A stretch of 49,065 bases of DNA from NCBI GenBank assembly GCA_964590185.1, contig CAZPVZ010000197.1:1-49065 (forward strand), in the 5' to 3' direction. Made by a program: the position numbers and the translations under genes. This DNA comes from an uncultured Campylobacterales bacterium (GTDB lineage Bacteria; Campylobacterota; Campylobacteria; Campylobacterales; JAADDG01). The notes beneath the pieces were generated by a model, which saw nothing but the letters and a program-made list of their open reading frames with translations, was not told where the DNA came from and searched no databases. This document shows, one piece after another, positions 44,875 through 49,065 of this stretch. Position 1 is the stretch's first letter, and every line of letters begins with the position of its first letter.

Positions 44875-45554
44875 AACTTTGCGTAGCTTTGGATCTTCCT
44901 TCGAAAGAGGAGAATCTCTCCCTTTGCAAAGAGCTTAGAGAGTTTAATATTTGGTTAAAGGTGGGATTTAGAAGTTTTATAAGAGACGGTAAGGATTTTT
45001 TGGAAGAGATAAAGTCGATTAATTCTTCTTTTAAGATATTTTTGGATTTGAAACTCTACGACATTCCAAATACCATGGCGGATGCGGCGGAAGAGATAGC
45101 CTCTTTGGGAGCGGATATGTTTAACGTTCACGCTTCAAGCGGAGAGAAGGCTATGAAAGAGGTTATGAAGAGGCTGGAGAGATTTGAAAAAAGGCCTCTC
45201 GTTTTGGCCGTAACGGCTCTTACGAGTTTCGATAGGGAGAGTTTTAAAAAGATTTATAACGATGATCTTGAAAAAAAAGCCGTGGAGTTTGCAAAGAGCG
45301 CTTTTTCGTGCGGTCTTGACGGAGTGGTTTGTTCCGTGTTTGAAAGTTTGAAGATAAAAGAGAGTACCGATAGAAACTTTTTGACTTTAACTCCCGGAAT
45401 AAGACCTTTCGGAGAGGATGGAGGCGATCAAAAAAGGGTCGGAAACATAGAGGTTGCGAAAGAGTACGGAAGCGATTTTATCGTGGTCGGCCGTCCCGTT
45501 TATAAAGCCGAAAATCCCAAAGATGTCGTGGAGAGAATTTTGAGAAAAATTTAA
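44871..45554 (+). CDS. pyrF: Orotidine 5'-phosphate decarboxylase
   Basis: LCVALD, DLKLYDIPNT, VHA..G, and VVGRP.Y motifs. ATGA overlap with nusB. Confidence 0.93.
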   Translation: MKLCVALDLPSKEENLSLCKELREFNIWLKVGFRSFIRDGKDFLEEIKSINSSFKIFLDLKLYDIPNTMADAAEEIASLGADMFNVHASSGEKAMKEVMKRLERFEKRPLVLAVTALTSFDRESFKKIYNDDLEKKAVEFAKSAFSCGLDGVVCSVFESLKIKESTDRNFLTLTPGIRPFGEDGGDQKRVGNIEVAKEYGSDFIVVGRPVYKAENPKDVVERILRKI

Positions 45555-45613
45555 GGAAACTATTATATTTCGTTGGTTATAATTCCTCTTCAAAAATTTG
45601 CTTTTTCGTAAAA

Positions 45614-45705
45614 GGACAGGTGGGTGAGCTGGCTGAAACCACTTCCCTGCTAAGGAAGCGTACCCACTTCGGGTACCGGGGGTTCGAATCCCCCCCTGTC
45701 CGCCA
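45614..45705 (+). tRNA. tRNA-Ser (anticodon GCU), encoded CCA
   Basis: Acceptor stem GGACAGG/CCTGTCC, anticodon stem CTTCC/GGAAG with loop CUGCUAA (GCU), a long variable arm, T-arm GGGGG-TTCGAAT-CCCCC, discriminator G, and CCA. Confidence 0.9.
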
Positions 45706-45892
45706 TTTTCTTAACGATTCTCTTCTTTATGAGCTCCCTTTGTTTTCCATTAAATCTTTCCGAAAAAAAATCATTTTGGTAAAAAATATTTATTTTGTTT
45801 ATTTTAATATTTATTTGCCGATATAAATTGTAACAACATTTTAAGTCAACTTTTGATATATTATATTGATACTTTATAAGAAAGGATAGAAA

Positions 45893-46426
45893 ATGAATCT
45901 GAGTTTGGTCGGAAGACAATTCGAACTAACGGACCCTATAAAAAATTATATAGAAAGCGCGGTAGATTCCATTCAAAAATACAATCTCGATATCATTTCT
46001 ACGAAAGTGATCATATCCGCCGATGAGAGAAACGGTAAAAAAGGATATAGCGTAGAGTTCACGATTCATCTTCCCAATAAAAACACCGTAGTCATTAAAC
46101 AAAAAGATAAGGACGTTTACGCCGCTATCGATTTGGCTTTGGATAGAGCCAAAAAGGTTTTAAGAAGGCATCACGATAAGATTAAAGACAAAAAACATCT
46201 AAAACCGGAGAAGGACGTTGCGGAGACTCCGGCCGAGATTCCCGGAATAAGTCCGGACGTTGACGAAATAGTTCCCATGGAGCTTGATCTTTATAAGCCT
46301 CTCGATATAGAGGAAGCTTTGGAGATGTTAAAAAGCGATAACAGACAGTTTTTGGTATTTGTCGATAACGACGGTAAAACGAGAGTTTTATATAAAAGAA
46401 GCGACGGAAAATTCGGTCTTTATTGA
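45893..46426 (+). CDS. hpf: Ribosome hibernation promoting factor (long HPF/RaiA family)
   Basis: N-terminal G..FELTD.IK.Y sigma54-modulation/S30EA fold, with a C-terminal dimerisation extension (FLVF.D.DGK..VLYKR.DG.FGL). Confidence 0.88.
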   Translation: MNLSLVGRQFELTDPIKNYIESAVDSIQKYNLDIISTKVIISADERNGKKGYSVEFTIHLPNKNTVVIKQKDKDVYAAIDLALDRAKKVLRRHHDKIKDKKHLKPEKDVAETPAEIPGISPDVDEIVPMELDLYKPLDIEEALEMLKSDNRQFLVFVDNDGKTRVLYKRSDGKFGLY

Positions 46427-46443
46427 TATAGAAAGCCTCTCTC

Positions 46444-47154
46444 CTAAAACGGAGAGAGAGCTTCTATGAATCTTGCTCCCCAAGGTTTTCGAGAAGTTTG
46501 ATCTATATCTCCTTCGGTTGCGTAGAGTATCTTCGCATCGGCTATGTATTTCGAATCTATCGTATTTCTTTCGTCTATGTCGTAAGGTCTTATCACTCCG
46601 CTTATTTTGATGATCTGTTTGTTTCCGTTTACCAAAAGCTCTCTGCTGCCCATTATAAAGTAGTTTCCGTTTCTTAAAACTTTCACTATTCTCGCCGTGA
46701 TGGTCGTTGTGAACTTTTCGTCTCTGGTGTTTACTCCGGAAGAGGAGAAGACGTTGCTTGAGCTGCTTTGAAATCCGATATTGGTTATTCCGTTTAAGGC
46801 GTTGGCTATCGCGGTTCCCGGGGAGCCGGAATTTGCACTTAAAACTCCTCCTCCCAACTGATTATTGTTGTTTGATTGGAGTTTCTTTTTGCCGCTTGAA
46901 GATTGAAAAATCTTTTCGTCTATCACTACCGTTACGATATCGTTTACTCTCATCGCTTTTCTGTCCGAAAAGAGCGGATTCTCTCCTTTCCCAAAAAGGC
47001 TTCCTTCGTTATTGACGATGTTTTGGTTTATTTTGGGCGGAATCTGTTCTACGTATTTGGGAGGAGTCATATTGAGAGTCGGGTCCATAGGATGTCTCGA
47101 ACATGCGGTAAAAAATAGAGCGATCGATAAAGCGGAAAGTGAAATTTTTCTCAT
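46444..47154 (-). CDS. flgH: Flagellar L-ring lipoprotein
   Basis: Lipobox FFTACS; SLF...ENPLFSDRKA.RVNDIVTV.I.E; ITARIV.VL.NGN..I.G.RE...N; I.ISG.IRP.DI...NTI.S..IADA.I.Y. I start it at ATG 47154 (GGAGAAAAA RBS) rather than 47193. Confidence 0.9.
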   Translation of the reverse strand: MRKISLSALSIALFFTACSRHPMDPTLNMTPPKYVEQIPPKINQNIVNNEGSLFGKGENPLFSDRKAMRVNDIVTVVIDEKIFQSSSGKKKLQSNNNNQLGGGVLSANSGSPGTAIANALNGITNIGFQSSSSNVFSSSGVNTRDEKFTTTITARIVKVLRNGNYFIMGSRELLVNGNKQIIKISGVIRPYDIDERNTIDSKYIADAKILYATEGDIDQTSRKPWGARFIEALSPF

Positions 47155-47220
47155 TTTTTCTCCGTTTGCGTAAACTTTTCGATAAAATATCAAGCAAATT
47201 AAGTTCCAAAAGGAGTATTT

Positions 47221-47667
47221 ATGAGCGAATTGAAAGAGAGATTGAAAAACGATCTTAAAGAGGCCATGAAAGCCAAAGACAATTTTAAAAGAGACGTTAT
47301 CAGATTTTTGATGAGCGCCGTTAAACAGGTCGAGGTGGACGAAAGAAAAGAGCTAAGCGACGAAGATATTATGAAAATCATCCAAAAATCGGTTAAACAA
47401 AGAGAAGACGCGATAGCTCAGTATAAAGAGGGAGGAAGAGAAGATCTTGTGGAGAAAGAGCAAAAGGAGGCGGAGATTTTAAAATCCTATCTGCCTAAAC
47501 AGTTAAGCGACGAAGAGTTAAAGGAGATAGTGAAAAAGGTTATAGAGGAGGTAGGAGCTTCCTCGATGAAAGATATGGGAAAAGTTATGGGAGCGGCCAT
47601 TAAGAAAACCGCCGGAAGAGCCGACGGAAAAAGAATTAACGCTATCGTCAAAGAGCTTCTTTCCTAA
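47221..47667 (+). CDS. GatB/YqeY-domain protein
   Basis: L..DLKEAMKAKD......R.L.SA.K..EVD and AIAQYKEGGREDLV.KE..E..IL..YLP.QLS..EL pattern. 148 aa. Confidence 0.85.
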   Translation: MSELKERLKNDLKEAMKAKDNFKRDVIRFLMSAVKQVEVDERKELSDEDIMKIIQKSVKQREDAIAQYKEGGREDLVEKEQKEAEILKSYLPKQLSDEELKEIVKKVIEEVGASSMKDMGKVMGAAIKKTAGRADGKRINAIVKELLS

Positions 47668-47740
47668 AGGGTTAAGGTTAAGATTTGTATTCTTTTGATA
47701 AAATCTCTTAAGATTAACAAAAAGGGCAGGGTAAGTAGAT

Positions 47741-49065
47741 ATGGATGTTAGAGAGGAGTTTTTAAAATTTTTCGAAAGCAAAGGACATAAAGTTTACGAG
47801 AGCGCTCCTTTGGTGCCCGACGATCCTTCGCTTTTATTCGTAAATGCGGGAATGGTTCCCTTTAAAAGAATTTTTACCGGAGAGGTTCCGCCTCCGAATC
47901 CCCCCAGAGCCGCAAGCTGTCAAACTTGCATAAGAGCCGGAGGAAAACATAACGATCTTGAAAACGTGGGATATACCAGACGGCATCATACTTTTTTCGA
48001 GATGCTCGGCAACTTCTCTTTCGGAGACTATTTTAAGGAGAAAGCGATAGATTACGCTTGGGAGTTCGTTACCGAAGTTTTGAAACTGCCGAAAGAGAGG
48101 CTGTGGGTTACGATACACGAAAGCGACGACGAGGCTTTCGAGCTTTGGCAAAAACACGTTTCGGCGGATAGAATAAAGAGATTCGGCGATAAGGATAATT
48201 TTTGGCAGATGGGAGATACCGGCCCTTGCGGTCCCTGCAGCGAGATATTTTACGATCAGGGAGAGGAGTTTTTCGACTCTAAAGAGGATTATCTCGGAGG
48301 AGAGGGGGATAGATTTTTGGAGATTTGGAATCTCGTATTTATGCAGTATGAGAGAGACGAAAAAGGAAATCTCCATCCTCTTCCCAAACCTTCCATAGAT
48401 ACCGGAATGGGGCTTGAGAGAGTTACGGCTATTATGGAGGGAGTTCGCAGCAATTTCGACTCTTCTCTTTTTATGCCTATTATCAAAAAGATAGAGGAGA
48501 TAACCTCCGTTCCTTACGTTTATGAAAAGGGAGCGAGCTTTAGGGTTATAGCCGATCACATAAGAAGCGTAACTTTTCTTTTGGCTCAGGGAGTGAATTT
48601 CGATAGAGAGGGGAGAGGATACGTTCTAAGAAGAATATTGAGAAGAGCCGTAAGACACGGTTATCTTTTGGGGCTTAGAGAGCCTTTTATGTATAAGCTC
48701 GTGGACGTTTTAAACTCTGTTATGGGCAAACACTATCCGTATCTGCTTGAAAAGGCTCCTTCGGTTAAAGAGCAGATGAAGCTTGAAGAGGAGAGATTTT
48801 TCAAAACGATAGCTTCCGGTTTGGAACTTTTTGAGAAGGAGCTTGAGAAAAAAGAGAAGGTTTTTAGCGGGGAGGTCGCTTTCAAACTTTACGACACTTA
48901 CGGGTTTCCTCTCGATTTGACGCAGGATATGCTTAGAGAAAAAGGTTTGAGCGTCGATACCGAAACTTTCGATAGATTGATGAAAGAGCAAAAAGAGAGA
49001 GCCAAAGCCGCGTGGAAAGGCAGCGGCGATACGAAAGCGGAGGGAGATTTTAAAGAGCTTTTGGA
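47741..49065 (+). CDS. alaS: Alanyl-tRNA synthetase (5' part; runs off the window)
   Basis: It is not in the ORF track because there is no stop in the window. My translation from ATG 47741: [47 protein letters not shown]...[41 protein letters not shown]. This is the class II AlaRS signature. The 241-aa minus ORF 47834-48559 is its shadow. Confidence 0.93.
   Translation, partial: MDVREEFLKFFESKGHKVYESAPLVPDDPSLLFVNAGMVPFKRIFTGEVPPPNPPRAASCQTCIRAGGKHNDLENVGYTRRHHTFFEMLGNFSFGDYFKEKAIDYAWEFVTEVLKLPKERLWVTIHESDDEAFELWQKHVSADRIKRFGDKDNFWQMGDTGPCGPCSEIFYDQGEEFFDSKEDYLGGEGDRFLEIWNLVFMQYERDEKGNLHPLPKPSIDTGMGLERVTAIMEGVRSNFDSSLFMPIIKKIEEITSVPYVYEKGASFRVIADHIRSVTFLLAQGVNFDREGRGYVLRRILRRAVRHGYLLGLREPFMYKLVDVLNSVMGKHYPYLLEKAPSVKEQMKLEEERFFKTIASGLELFEKELEKKEKVFSGEVAFKLYDTYGFPLDLTQDMLREKGLSVDTETFDRLMKEQKERAKAAWKGSGDTKAEGDFKELL

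Noticed and set aside
45817-45824. GCCGATAT, a perfect-looking sigma28 -10 box, upstream of hpf
   Set aside because: There is no TAAA at the required 15-nt distance; the sequence there is T-rich. hpf is not an expected FliA target. This is likely coincidence.
45706-45892. The region 3' of tRNA-Ser, as a possible integration hotspot or island boundary
   Set aside because: I saw no integrase, no duplicated tRNA 3' end and no foreign-looking genes. The next gene is hpf, a core gene.
47834-48559. 241-aa minus-strand ORF near the 3' end of the window
   Set aside because: The plus strand here encodes an unmistakable AlaRS N-terminal domain starting at 47741. It was missed by the track because the ORF has no stop in the window. 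The minus ORF is its shadow.

Overview
This is a chromosomal window from a Campylobacterota (epsilonproteobacterium-type) genome. It is AT-leaning with K/E-rich proteins. From memory, two gene orders match Helicobacter/Campylobacter synteny: leuS-lptE-folC-M23 peptidase-bactofilin-mfd, and kdsA-ribH-nusB-pyrF. About half the window is housekeeping: leuS, folC, mfd, pdxJ/pdxA, ppx-like, aroK, der, kdsA, ribH, nusB, pyrF, tRNA-Ser(GCU), hpf, flgH, yqeY-like, and alaS, which is open at the 3' edge and absent from the ORF track. The rest is envelope or accessory content. (1) Two surface-protein islands (13450-19325 and 22314-28707) each hold a very large secreted protein ending in the same FN3 + DUF4214-like tail. 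They also carry a PPC/Calx-beta/DUF11 protein, a beta-propeller lipoprotein, a secreted metallophosphoesterase and a putative OM barrel. (2) A four-gene operon is led by an FGGY kinase that looks strikingly like the autoinducer-2 kinase LsrK. It is followed by a metal-binding cupin, a CDF transporter and an unknown protein, with no other lsr genes in view. (3) A minus-strand operon encodes a periplasmic rhodanese, a LysM protein and a stand-alone periplasmic protein built from four PilJ-N/NarX P-box-like sensor repeats. (4) My top candidate for an undescribed system sits behind a 506-bp AT-rich intergenic region at 37984-40432. It is a tandemly duplicated cassette in which a conserved 8-Cys mini-lipoprotein is translationally coupled to a FlgO-like periplasmic protein. 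The first copy follows a near-consensus sigma28 (FliA) promoter. The second copy carries an extra Gly-rich/Cys-rich secreted protein. I saw no rRNA, CRISPR array, transposase or integrase. All family assignments come from motif and pattern recognition by eye and need HMM or BLAST confirmation.
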